Source: Savitreella phatthalungensis
Lineage: Eukaryota
Reading direction: 5' to 3'
DNA: 30,743 nucleotides
Assembly (NCBI GenBank): GCA_051599415.1
Contig: AP039694.1
Span: 620,001-650,743 of the forward strand
In this document: one piece after another, positions 10,900-21,441 of the stretch
Position numbering within the stretch: the stretch's first letter is position 1
Layout of the letters: the number at the start of each line of letters is the position of its first letter
Made by a program: the position numbers and the translations under genes
The notes under the pieces: model-generated
What the model was told of the DNA's origin: nothing
Databases searched by the model: none
The model's input: only the letters and a program-made list of their open reading frames with translations

Positions 10900-11598
10900 A
10901 TGGCAGACACTTTGTTCTCTACGATGCTCTTCCGGCGAAACGAGGTGTTCCTTCTGGACGGACATATCGCAAGACTCTATCGCTCGATCGAGCGCTTGGG
11001 TTGGCAAACTCGTGTTCCGAGGAAGGAGGAGATTCTGCGAAGGATTGTAGGTGAGGTGTCGGCTGAAGAGACGTACAGATGCCGCCTCGAGTTGACAAAG
11101 AATGGTGAATTCACCTGCAGCGCAATCACGATGTCTGGCACGACAAACGATCTCCTGGCGCCGTTCAGCGGCGCATCACCATCTGCGGACACTGCTTGGA
11201 CACTTTACCTTTGTCCTTATCATGTAGATCCGCGGGCAGATAAGGCGCTCATGCTGAACAAGACTCTGGAACGCACGATATACAACGATGCTGCAAGATC
11301 GGCCAAGATCGACTACAGTCGTCGGCAGGAGGTTCTATTGTACGATCATGAAGGGCACGTGACAGAAGGCTCGATCACAAACGTGGCATTCCGTCGTCGC
11401 GGATTGTGGCTGACGCAGCCGATCTCGATAGGCCTGCTCGATGGCGTAATGCGAAGGCATCTCCTCGATAGAGGTCTAATACAAGAGGCGAAAATCGAAG
11501 AGCTTAAGATCGATAATCTTGAAGACGGTGAATGGTGTTTGATATTCAACGCGCTTCGAGGTGTCCTATGGGCTCAGCTTCGTCTCTGTCAAATTTAG
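10900..11598 (+). CDS. ABZ2: class IV aminotransferase-fold protein, probable aminodeoxychorismate lyase
   Basis: LFSTM, FLLDGHIARL, PLP-lysine NKTLERTIYN, EVLLYD..VTEGSITNVAF, GLLDGVMRRHLL, IFNALRG. Confidence 0.8.
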   Translation: MADTLFSTMLFRRNEVFLLDGHIARLYRSIERLGWQTRVPRKEEILRRIVGEVSAEETYRCRLELTKNGEFTCSAITMSGTTNDLLAPFSGASPSADTAWTLYLCPYHVDPRADKALMLNKTLERTIYNDAARSAKIDYSRRQEVLLYDHEGHVTEGSITNVAFRRRGLWLTQPISIGLLDGVMRRHLLDRGLIQEAKIEELKIDNLEDGEWCLIFNALRGVLWAQLRLCQI

Positions 11599-13299
11599 AG
11601 GTCGAATGACTCTCTGTATAGCCACACCATGCCCTTGCTTCCATCGACCGGCCAATTTGACGACGATGCCGCTCGCACGGCAGCACTGAGCTCTTCTCCG
11701 GCGCAGCAGACAACCGCAGTGTCATTCGTTGAGATGGTCGTGTCTTGGCCTGGACAGACAATGCTGTCCACGTTGGGCCTCCCGAGTTCCGTGATTACCG
11801 CCGTCGTGGCAATTGTCTCAGCTTTGATCTCGACGGAAGACACAGCAGCCAGCTTCTCTTCGTCAATGCTACGATCCAGGGATGTTAAGAACAAGCGAAG
11901 ATCAATTCTGAAAGACCCTGGAGCTTTTTGAACGATGTCCAAGAGCTTGTCGCGTATGTGGACGAAGAACTCCTGGTCATTAGTCGACCATAGAAAGACG
12001 ACATCGGCTTGTGAAGTGGAAATCACATGACGAAGTAGAGGCATGGTGAACGTCACGCCGACGCCTCCGGCCACAAGGATCATTCGGTCGAAGCTCTCCA
12101 ATCGATTGGGTAACAGCGAAGTCCCGTAGGGACCATCAATGCCGCAGGAAAGAATGCTGTGCACCACGCAACCATGGTCGGAATGTAGCCTTTTGGTCGT
12201 GTTCCTATGTTGACGCACGTAAAGCTCGATCATGTCGTCCTCTGGCATTGACATGACGGTGAATGGGTGCTGCGCCATTGCTCCATATCGGTAGGGCATG
12301 AGGAAGACGTGTGCACCTGCGCGCCAGCTGTGCATCGGCGACCATTTGGAAGCCGGTCGCGAGAGTGTGAGCCGACAGATTTCGGAACCGACTGCCTCGA
12401 TTTTTGCCTGTGTCGGATTTGCAAGACGACGCGCAAGTCTGGCGCAGAGATCGAATCCGAATAGGCCGAGTGCCGCTTGGCAGTACGGTTCCGCTTTATC
12501 ATCGTGCACCCAAGCAAATGCTATTCCGATGATCGCCAAGATCCAGTGAAGCGTATAGAATAATCTATAAGCCCTTCGCCTTGTGGCCGCGACACTTGTG
12601 AGTGCCAGCAAAAGAAACGCCACTAGGCTCACCTCGCCATAGACGTTGCTAGTCTTTTGCAGCTTTGACAGTTGACCGGCTTTCGCATATCGCGTCGTAT
12701 AGACGAGAGCGTGCGCGATGCCAACCATGACGAAGGTTCGACCTGCCCAGCGATGTACCACATTCAGGCGCTCGTGAGAGGACCGCACCAGAAGCGCCAG
12801 CGGAGAGTTCTTCATTGAGAGCGCAAAAACAAGAGGCAAAAGTGCGGCCGCTACGTCGCCTGTTCGCTTGGACTCAACGGCCAAATCGAATTTTCCAATC
12901 CAGTTCCCACCTTCACTGTGACCGAGAATTGCATAAAAAATGGGTATCAGGCAAACGAGCCAAAGCAGCACGATGGAAGGGCGCAGACGACGACACAAAG
13001 GCCGAAATAGGGAGTGTGTTGGCCATTCGGCACTGATGAAGCGGTGACTTAAATTGTTGAGTGAACGGAAGATGCTTGATCGCCTGTACAGCCAAATGCG
13101 TACGGTCCATGACCACCTCAGCACTGCAACTATCATAGCAAGGCCTAAGAGGGCTGCCAACATGTCGCGTGGAAGCACATCATGCCAATGCTAAAAGTCA
13201 GTTGAAAGGGCACAACGTGAGTTACCTCATACTTACCCGAGAGTACGCTTTGTACGCAGCTTGTGCATCTTTGGTGTATGGGACAGTAGTTCTTGACAT
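11595..13299 (-). CDS. ferric-chelate reductase (FRE/NOX superfamily), 2 exons
   Basis: Exon 1 is 13299-13237 (MSRTTVPYTKDAQAAYKAYSR). Intron 13191-13236 (GTAAGT..CTGAC..TAG) joins it in frame to the track ORF. Heme His motifs HRWAGR, AHAL, LHW, VH; FAD site HPFT; DGPYG; NADPH site VAGGVGVTF; C-terminal ESF. Confidence 0.9.
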
Positions 13300-13328
13300 T
13301 GACCATCTGGACAAAGGCGATGGCCCGC

Positions 13329-13461
13329 TTTATAGAGCAGACTGAACTTTTTGATGTGCGGATCAGATTGTGCAGTGTACGCGCGTGTGACCGGACATTT
13401 GACATTTCATTTGAGCTTAAGTTTTGAAAGGAGAATCTGATTGGTTGATGGAATCAGATAA
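13329..13461. promoter_or_regulatory. putative iron-repressed promoter: ATCWGAT(AA) GATA sites, CCAAT and TATA box
   Basis: ATCAGATAA 13453-13461, ATCTGAT 13435-13441, ATCAGAT 13362-13368. Minus-strand CCAAT 13440-13444 and TATAAA 13329-13334, upstream of the FRE ATG. Confidence 0.65.
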
Positions 13462-13636
13462 CATCTACGACTAAAAGTTGCATTAATTGTCAGAGTCGTT
13501 TCTTGATCGCGAGCTCAATCCGTTCGAATCACGTGTATATCCTAAAATCACAATCATTCGATTCCATCTGCAGTGTGATCGCAACCGGGTCGCGTCGATT
13601 CTTCGCTGTACGACGCGTCATGATCAAGCGCAAGGC

Positions 13637-14101
13637 ATGGCGCCGGTCGAAAATAACCAAGCAGGACACGAAAACGAGCACGGTCTGCGCTCCATTGCAC
13701 CTGCTCCGATCGGGACATCGGACGGTGCGACATCACAAGTGTCCTCGACTAGACGCTCCTGGGCTAATGGATGCCGTGTCATCGCGCCCACCGCCAACTC
13801 GCATGGAGCTGTAACTTACCTGTGCGTCACCTCTATCTCCTTCCCAGAGGCGTGCGAGGTCAGCGTCCGCAGGCGCTATTCCGAGTTTCGCTCGTTGCGC
13901 GATGCCATGCTGAAAGAGCGTCCGGAGTTGTCAAAGGTGCTGCCCAGATTGCCGGCAAAGACAACAATGATCACATTTGAATCTCGAGACCTGGCATTCG
14001 TGGAGAACAGACGGCTGGCACTGGAGCTGTTTCTGAAGACTGTGGTCCTGGATGGGGAGCTGTCAGCCTCGAAGGTCTTGATCAGCTGGCTGGGTGTTTG
14101 A
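13637..14101 (+). CDS. small PX-domain protein (Ypt35-like)
   Basis: VRRRYSEFRSLR, LPRLPAK and FVENRRLALELFL form a PX domain. First ATG is 13637. Confidence 0.8.
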   Translation: MAPVENNQAGHENEHGLRSIAPAPIGTSDGATSQVSSTRRSWANGCRVIAPTANSHGAVTYLCVTSISFPEACEVSVRRRYSEFRSLRDAMLKERPELSKVLPRLPAKTTMITFESRDLAFVENRRLALELFLKTVVLDGELSASKVLISWLGV

Positions 14102-15283
14102 TGTGAGGCATCGCAATTGCATACATGGTGATCTCGGCATCTATCGCAATTCTGACTGAGCAATGCTCGCGTGCGCGAGCGGCGCTTCGAACATGAGTGG
14201 GGCGTGCATCAACCCATTATAAGCGTGGCTGTTACGCGGGGTATCTGAATGGGGACAATTTGGTACTGAAGCCTATTTCGGTTTGGAAGCGCACGAACAT
14301 TTTGTCCCGCCCACCCTGCACCTTCCCGAACGAGCGGAGAAGGTAGACTAATCAGGGTAGACTCTTGACGTCGATGTCTTTGATCTCGTCCGAATAGCCA
14401 AAGCAGGACAGTAAGCACGACTGTCAATGCTGATCATTCGCTCTGAAAGTCGTGAGAGCAGTCGGTCTCTCAAGTCCCCGAGATGTGACTGTCTGCACAA
14501 TACGGTCCACCTAGGGACAAACGACCGTGATTTTAGGCAGGCAGCACGATACATCATTTGCATAACATTCGTTACCGATGCTAAGCAGAAGAGGATTGTG
14601 CACGATAGTTTCGAATGACTCTGATCGCGGGATTGAGAGTAGAAGGGGTCAAAGTTTCATACAGGCAAGAGATTGGCGTCGGGTAATGCAAATTACCTAT
14701 TCAGAAGTCTCGGATCACCCAATTGGGTCCAACAGTGTCTCGAATCAATGTAGTCCATCGGCTGTGCTTGGACAGCTGTTCAAAGAGGCTTGAACATAAA
14801 ATTGTAGCAGACGGAGGTCTATAACAATAGGCCTGAGCCCGGTTGAACTAAAGTTTGAGCGGCTGAAATCTGGCCAGATTGAGAGTCTGATGGCTGTGAG
14901 TCGCGGCGTACCACACTATTCCCTGCCTTCCCGCATTTCGACATGGTCCAGGCTAGAAGGAAGATCCATGCACCCGGCTGACATGACTGGGGATCTTTTG
15001 AGTACCATGGTGGGTGGATGCAAGCATATTTAAGAGGCGAGCTGAGCCCAACATCTTCCTCGAACCTACCATCTGCAACACGAGTGCAACACGCCTCGGG
15101 CACACAGCAATCCTTAAAACTTTGCTCCCTAGCCCGTCGTCTCTCTTGACCCCACCCGTGGTCCCACTTGAAACACATTGATCCACTAGGCTACCGAACG
15201 CTCGGAACTTTCCTCCTGATATTCTCCGGTGCTTGAGAATTACCCGAGAACACTCCCAATTGCTTCGTTCTCTGTCTATCACT

Positions 15284-16651
15284 ATGTCAGGACCGCTCAA
15301 GAGCATCGTTGTTCCGCCTGCGGGCGCATTCATCAAGGACGGCGACGGTGGCCAAACATCGCCTGCGACATTCGTTAATCCGTTCTCTCCTTCGCGATCA
15401 CAGTTCAATAAAGCGCAGCACTCCTCACAGACTCCGCAGCGCGAACGCTTCGGCAGTCAGCACGATCTTCGCCGACAATCGATCCAAGTCCTGCGCGAAA
15501 AGCGTCAATCCGTTGCGCCTCAACCGATCCATATCACCGACGCACGCCGATCATCCCTGGCTCCGGAGGCACCGGTCGAGATCATGCGTGCCGACGGCCA
15601 GGAAGCCTGTTCGCCACCATTCAACCTCCACGAAACTATCATTGGCAGACTTGATCCAGAGTACATCGCTTGGTACAACGAATATCTGATCGATCATCAA
15701 TTCATGGTGAACACTCATCACTTTGATCCCAAGCTGTTGCGAAAGGGTGGAAAAGTCGTGCCAGGACCATCGCACGCTTTACCTCTTCCGACTCAAGACT
15801 TCGACGTCGAGGGACGTAACGACAATCCAGCGGTGCCTGTCCGCGTCTGGTGGCCTTCAGCTGGTCGGGACGCTGCGCCAGAGGGAGGTTGGCCTCTGTT
15901 CATCTGGGCGCATGGTGGTGGCTGGATTCTCGGAAGCAAGAACACGGAAAACAACTTCACGACTCGCATGGCAGAGGGAGCACAGTGCTGCGTTGTGTCT
16001 GTCGGCTACAGACTGGCACCGGAAAATCCCTACCCAGACTGCCTCGAAGACTTTTGGGACGTGATTAACTGGGCGGCCTTCTCAGACAGCGGTCGAGCCG
16101 CCCTCAATATCAATCCCGAACGCCTCGCCATTGGCGGATCGTCGGCTGGCGGTAACATCGCCAGCGTCATCTCGCACCAGTACGCCGCGAGCGATGATCT
16201 GCCGCCACTGAAGCTGCAGATGTTGCTAGTTCCGGTGACGGACAACACCGCGAGCAAGGAAACACATCTCAGCTGGGCTGAAAATGAATTCACTCCGCAA
16301 CTACCGGCTGAGAAGATGATGACCTACCGCCGCTATTACTTGCAGCACGAGTCTTTGTGGGATCAGCCAGAAGCCAGCCCGATATTCTTTGACGATGCTA
16401 GTTTCAAGAGACTGCCCAAGGCTGTTGTCGTCGCCGCAGAGCTTGATGTCCTCCGCACCGAGGACGAGTTGTACCACGAAAAGATGCTTCGCAACGGCGT
16501 CGATTCGAAGCTGTACATCTACCCCCGGGTGCCTCACCACACCATGGGATTGTGTTTGGTGCTTGAGCAAGGCCGGAAGCTCACGATGGACTGCGCCAAG
16601 GAGCTCAAGGACGCCTTCTACGGGACTCGGGAGGTCGTCGATCTCTACTAG
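15284..16651 (+). CDS. HSL-family alpha/beta hydrolase (esterase/lipase)
   Basis: AHGGGWILG, VGYRLAPENPYP, GGSSAGGN, AELDVLRTE, YPRVPH. Confidence 0.92.
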   Translation: MSGPLKSIVVPPAGAFIKDGDGGQTSPATFVNPFSPSRSQFNKAQHSSQTPQRERFGSQHDLRRQSIQVLREKRQSVAPQPIHITDARRSSLAPEAPVEIMRADGQEACSPPFNLHETIIGRLDPEYIAWYNEYLIDHQFMVNTHHFDPKLLRKGGKVVPGPSHALPLPTQDFDVEGRNDNPAVPVRVWWPSAGRDAAPEGGWPLFIWAHGGGWILGSKNTENNFTTRMAEGAQCCVVSVGYRLAPENPYPDCLEDFWDVINWAAFSDSGRAALNINPERLAIGGSSAGGNIASVISHQYAASDDLPPLKLQMLLVPVTDNTASKETHLSWAENEFTPQLPAEKMMTYRRYYLQHESLWDQPEASPIFFDDASFKRLPKAVVVAAELDVLRTEDELYHEKMLRNGVDSKLYIYPRVPHHTMGLCLVLEQGRKLTMDCAKELKDAFYGTREVVDLY

Positions 16652-16736
16652 GATATCTTCAGAAACTGCAGACCGTGAAAAATAATAGTTCACCCGAAAG
16701 AATTCAAGTGCATGTGCATTGTGGTCATTACTGATA

Positions 16737-18230
16737 TCATGAAGTCGCTTCGTGAGCCCAAGTCTGTCGGATGTGGTCCACCTTGTGAAATTGGGAGATG
16801 TGCATCATCTCTTTCCACCAAATCGCGACACCGAATCGAGCCGGATCGTTCTCTATGCTTGCAGGCTCGCTGAGTTCGCCGGATGGATTCTGTGAAGAGT
16901 CATCTCCGGGTCGTGATCCCGCTGAGCGCTCGCGCGATGTGTCCGTGCGACTGAGAGCAGGCGGCCGCAGAGGATCGCTGCCATCAAAGCGGGTTGCAAA
17001 ATTGGCGCCAAAAGCACTGGCAGCTGCAGCTGCTGTCGATGTGATCCGTTGCCGTTGCCGACCTTCGCGCTGCGGCCACTCGTAGAAGATGACTTCTGCT
17101 TCGATCCAAGATGGATCTGTGAATCCATGCGGCGAAATGTGCCCAAGCCCGTCGAACGCTCTGGCGCCCGGCCACTCGTCCTCTTGGCAAATCCGCTTCA
17201 CTGAGGTCAAATCATCGACCCTCCATGAAATCTCACCTCTCGGAACATTCGGATCCCCAGTCACCTTGATAGCACGGAGGGAAGTCGATGTCGGATAATA
17301 GAGGTACAGAAGCTCGGGCCCATGAGAGCTGTAGTCCCCCATGAATAAGCCTGACCACTGTCGGAAATTCGCCGGCACATGGGCCGAATCGGTCGCTGGA
17401 AGACGCGAATAGAGGATGGTATGCTTTGGAAGCGGAACCGGCAAGGCTGTCGGAGCAATGAGAGACATGGGGTTAAAGACCGGCCGGCTCAAAGCGAACA
17501 GATGATCTGACCAAGACTCCCATTCCCGCGGCCTGTGCATCTGTTCGTCAGTCCGCGCGAGAATGATACGCTCTGGTGACGGCATGTGTTGGGTCGGCCA
17601 TGTTGGTAGCAAATCGCGATCCTCGTCGTCGTCGCCTGTGAAAAGTGTGCCCTGGGATTCCAACTCTCGCGTACACGCTTCGATTCTTTCGCTGTCGAAA
17701 CCGACGACTCGACCTAGAACGCAATCACCTGATTGGCGCAGTCTGTCACTTCCCTGTCCCATGCGGAAAACCACATCCTCCCGAGCCTGGAGGATTGGCT
17801 CGAAGTCGCGCCAGATAACGCTTCGATCGCGCGAAAACCTGACGGGGAAGGAGAAATACGCATATGGCTGAAGAGCATAGCATTCGATAAAACCTGTCGC
17901 AGGATTGTATACGACCTCTAGGAGTTGTCCCGTCCATTCATTGTTGCCGTGCCAAGTTCCGATCAACCAGCCATGTTTTCGATAAACTTTGAAGAACAGC
18001 TCTCGCCAGGAGCTATACGGCGCGGGAGAATCCCAGGTCGCTTTTGAGAAGAGGGAGACGGAAAACGAGGACTCAGCCTGCAGGATGGCTGACTGCCAGA
18101 GCCAGTCGTCGCGCAGGAATTGGTTGAAGCGGCGGCACGAGCAGGCGAGGGCCTGGAAGGAGGAGCCTGGCAGGTACGCAAGGAGACATTGAATCACTTC
18201 TGCAGGCAGGTCCAAAAGCCCTGCAGCCAT
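16737..18230 (-). CDS. F-box protein with FBXO31-like C-terminal substrate domain
   Basis: N-terminal LLDLPAEVIQCLLAYL...LACSCRRF F-box. C-terminal WSGLFMGDYSSHGPE and AIKVTGDPNVPRGEISW. Confidence 0.85.
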   Translation of the reverse strand: MAAGLLDLPAEVIQCLLAYLPGSSFQALACSCRRFNQFLRDDWLWQSAILQAESSFSVSLFSKATWDSPAPYSSWRELFFKVYRKHGWLIGTWHGNNEWTGQLLEVVYNPATGFIECYALQPYAYFSFPVRFSRDRSVIWRDFEPILQAREDVVFRMGQGSDRLRQSGDCVLGRVVGFDSERIEACTRELESQGTLFTGDDDEDRDLLPTWPTQHMPSPERIILARTDEQMHRPREWESWSDHLFALSRPVFNPMSLIAPTALPVPLPKHTILYSRLPATDSAHVPANFRQWSGLFMGDYSSHGPELLYLYYPTSTSLRAIKVTGDPNVPRGEISWRVDDLTSVKRICQEDEWPGARAFDGLGHISPHGFTDPSWIEAEVIFYEWPQREGRQRQRITSTAAAAASAFGANFATRFDGSDPLRPPALSRTDTSRERSAGSRPGDDSSQNPSGELSEPASIENDPARFGVAIWWKEMMHISQFHKVDHIRQTWAHEATS

Positions 18231-18994
18231 GGCGCCTGCAGACGACTCTGAGCCTCTGAAGGTCTCTCAGCACATATCGCGCACACCTGGATGCGGTCTT
18301 GTGTAATCACGCGCAACCTTCAACTCATCATGTAGTCATAATGCTTTCGGGCGCGGCCAATAATTTGCGGAGTTTCAATGAGGCGGAAAAGTTCGCGCCA
18401 CATTCCATTGCTTCGAGCACGTAAATTGATGCATACGAAATAGCAGAATGCAATCGGCTCGGCTCTTGACTGGCCGAAATTTTTGGCAGAGATGTGTGAC
18501 CACTAGTCCGCGTGTTATGGCCGTTGGAGACCGTGTCGCTCACTGATAGCGTCTCAATCACTTCGACCGACTTTATTAGCATTGGGGAAGGCTTCCGATA
18601 CCTCATGACCTCCGAGCTGGACGTTTTATCCCCATCGTCTCAGCGCGTTGAGTTGTGCATCCGATGGGCGGCGGAATCAGAGATCCGGGACGAAGTGAAC
18701 ACCTGGGTGTCCTGATCACTTCGGCTAGGCACCCATCCACATTCCCATCAAACAGGATTTTGAACAAAGCACACGGTTGACACCGTCATCATATTCTGAC
18801 GGGATCTACTCTCACGCCTCGAAGACGCGTCTTACCCCACGCGCGTCATCGTTACAGGCACTCCTAGCTCTTTAGCGTGTGCGTGCACATTGCTCAGCGA
18901 CGGGCACGCTCCCTCGCGCTGAGCGCGCTGCAGCGCGTCGTCGTCTGCGTCGCTGCCGCTGATCGCGAGAACGATATCGCATCGAGCTCAAAGC

Positions 18995-20995
18995 ATGAGT
19001 GATGAGCCGATCGCGACCTCGGCGACTGTGCTTCCCACCTCCGTCCCCGAGCACAGTGCATCGCAGCCAGCCGACAATACTTGCGACGATGCTGCCGTGC
19101 TTGATGCCATTCCGATGACGGAGCTCAATGAACAAGATGTCTTCTCATCGAATCTGCAGCAGCCTTCGCAGCAGGCAGGTCCACCTTCCCCCAAGCGGCA
19201 AAAATCTGAGGAAGAAGGCCTTCAAAGCTTGCTTTCCGCCATTGAAATGGAGGTCAAACCCGGAGAGGAGATGGACACGGAACGCATACACGAGCTACTC
19301 AGCACAGACCTGACAAAGACTGAGGAGGGCGGCGTTCAACACAATGTGAGCGCAGAAGATGCGTATGTTTACGATGTCGACCAGGGCGATCTACTTGACG
19401 AAGATTGGACGAGGAAGCGCAGATGGTCCGGTTTTGAAGCGCGTTTCCAGGATCCAGAAAACCGGGCCGTTCGCATCCGTAACACCATCAATGACAACAT
19501 CGGATTTCTCATGGACAGCGTCGAGCGTCAGCTCTTTGGCTTGCCGACGCTGGCCGGCAGGATCACGACTATCAGCTGCGCCTATGCCGCTGTAGGTCAA
19601 AAGTCGTACGGCCACGAGCGTAGATACATGACACCACCACCATATTGCGTCATTTCCGGGCCTAGTCGAGCCTTGCTTGGCGACTATCCACAGGTCTTCA
19701 TGAGCATCCACGCGGAGGATGGTGCGGCGGCCGCTATGCAGGAAGAACGACTCGATCGCAATGGACAAGCGTTTTTCCGACAATTGCACATCAACAGTGC
19801 GACGGTGGGCAAGTCAAAGTCTTTCCACCTGAAGCTGCAAATTGGCACGAAAGGGAGTATAGGTGTCATGGACATCCCGTTCGCTGAGTTTGACACACCA
19901 GAGATCTCCATTATATCTAAGGCGTCGAGCAGAACTTCTAAGTTGAGGCTCCAGAACGCCATCATATATCACGACTCTCCGATCGCCCTGTACAATCGGA
20001 TCAACTCACAGACGGTTCGAACGAAGTATCTCAATCTCGAGGATAACCGTATGACTGTCCGGTCCGAGACTTGGGCGCCTTTTTTCATTCAGCTTGTGGA
20101 TGAAGAGTCGAGCGCTATTGATGGCAGTGGCCGTAGGCCTATTCTGTATGGATCGATCGTCACATTATACGATCCTAACACGGGCTCGCGCTCCGAGCGC
20201 ATGATAGTCCGCAGACTACACAAGAATGAACTCGACGAACGCACTGCAGGAGCGGCGTCGCAGATGCAGAAGATCATCCTCGAACGCGAGGCGCCAGACG
20301 AGGCTACCGGCCACTCTGCGTTCCTCAGCGCCAGCAGTGCCCAACGGATGCAGAAGGAACAAGCCGACGGCGAAGTCGATCCATTCACCCACTGGATGCC
20401 TGTCGACATGAATTCCAACACGATTGAGGTCGATGATTGCGTGTGTTGGACACTTATGGGTATCTCACAGATTCAGTGCTCTTTCCTCGACACCCTGTCC
20501 GATGAGCCAACCGATCCAGTGCCTGACGCGATGCCAGACGTGCCGAAGCAGCATCCTCGTAAGCGTCGCAGGGTGACGGGCGAGTCAGGCAGTGTTGCGA
20601 CACCCGCGGATCAGGAAATGCCGTACGAGATGCCCGCTGGCGCAGAAGATGTCGTCGACAGTCACGTTCAGGTACCAGTCACGCCATTCCCAACGCTCGC
20701 TGATCGGCCCGCGTTCGACCCTAACACCAATCACTTGTTTCTACTCGTCCGCAATTTTCTACAGCCCGGATGCGAGGTCGATACGCACGAGATCTGGCTC
20801 GGCGGCACAGGGCCGATGCGCATTTGTGCGCAAGAACTCCTACAGGACACCGACACAGATGTCTCGCTCGAGCTTGAAATGCCAACAATCACGGGCTCAG
20901 ACTCAGAAGTCCAAAAACTCCCTTTGCTCTTCGTTCGACCTGACGGACTAGTGATCAGTGCTGCCTGCGACCTCATCATTCAGACACGCCAATAG
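18995..20995 (+). CDS. fungal CSL (CBF1/Su(H)/LAG-1) transcription factor, Cbf11-like
   Basis: QKSYGHERRYMTPPP, FFRQLHI...KSKSFHLKL, IISK, LYNRINSQTVRTKYL, ILYGSIVTL, SQMQKI, WTLMGI, PLLFVRPDG. Basic NLS-like RKRRR. Confidence 0.88.
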   Translation: MSDEPIATSATVLPTSVPEHSASQPADNTCDDAAVLDAIPMTELNEQDVFSSNLQQPSQQAGPPSPKRQKSEEEGLQSLLSAIEMEVKPGEEMDTERIHELLSTDLTKTEEGGVQHNVSAEDAYVYDVDQGDLLDEDWTRKRRWSGFEARFQDPENRAVRIRNTINDNIGFLMDSVERQLFGLPTLAGRITTISCAYAAVGQKSYGHERRYMTPPPYCVISGPSRALLGDYPQVFMSIHAEDGAAAAMQEERLDRNGQAFFRQLHINSATVGKSKSFHLKLQIGTKGSIGVMDIPFAEFDTPEISIISKASSRTSKLRLQNAIIYHDSPIALYNRINSQTVRTKYLNLEDNRMTVRSETWAPFFIQLVDEESSAIDGSGRRPILYGSIVTLYDPNTGSRSERMIVRRLHKNELDERTAGAASQMQKIILEREAPDEATGHSAFLSASSAQRMQKEQADGEVDPFTHWMPVDMNSNTIEVDDCVCWTLMGISQIQCSFLDTLSDEPTDPVPDAMPDVPKQHPRKRRRVTGESGSVATPADQEMPYEMPAGAEDVVDSHVQVPVTPFPTLADRPAFDPNTNHLFLLVRNFLQPGCEVDTHEIWLGGTGPMRICAQELLQDTDTDVSLELEMPTITGSDSEVQKLPLLFVRPDGLVISAACDLIIQTRQ

Positions 20996-21441
20996 ACGAC
21001 GACTGGCAAGCACGATTGTCAAACGAAGAACATTTACTATCTAATCTTCTGTACCTATCTGTAATTAATTGCTGTCAATATACACGGTCAGCTTGCAGCC
21101 GATCACTCCGAGATATTCCTCTACATCTGGAATTCAGATTGAATTGATCCGTGTCGGTACCGCCGCAGGCGCAAGGTTTTGAGTTCACGGCCTCTGACCC
21201 TTTTTCAAACTGGGAGGACAGCTCATCGAGGGCTCAGGAATCTTATACTGGCACCGGCCACAGCGCGCACCCAGCTAGTCGATCCATCTAGGCATTCGAA
21301 AGTGGGGTAGCGCCTTTGCGCGCGCATCTGTGACGAACAACCAGCCCTAAAGGCCCCCGGCCTGGTGATATATCAAGCCTTCGACGCAAGCAAAAAAGCT
21401 GTCCATTTCTCACCAAGACTGTCATCCCCGTTCTCGTGGCC

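Noticed and set aside
13229..13240. ATACTTACC resembling the U1 snRNA 5' end
   Set aside because: It is the reverse complement of the GTAAGT donor of the FRE intron. No U1 70K or U1A loop motifs follow.
14102..15283. Short ORFs and hairpins in the 1.2 kb intergenic gap
   Set aside because: No recognisable motifs or tRNA boxes; consistent with promoter sequence.
18822..18833. Palindrome AAGACGCGTCTT containing an MCB-like ACGCGT
   Set aside because: A single short site in a CpG-rich background is not sufficient evidence.
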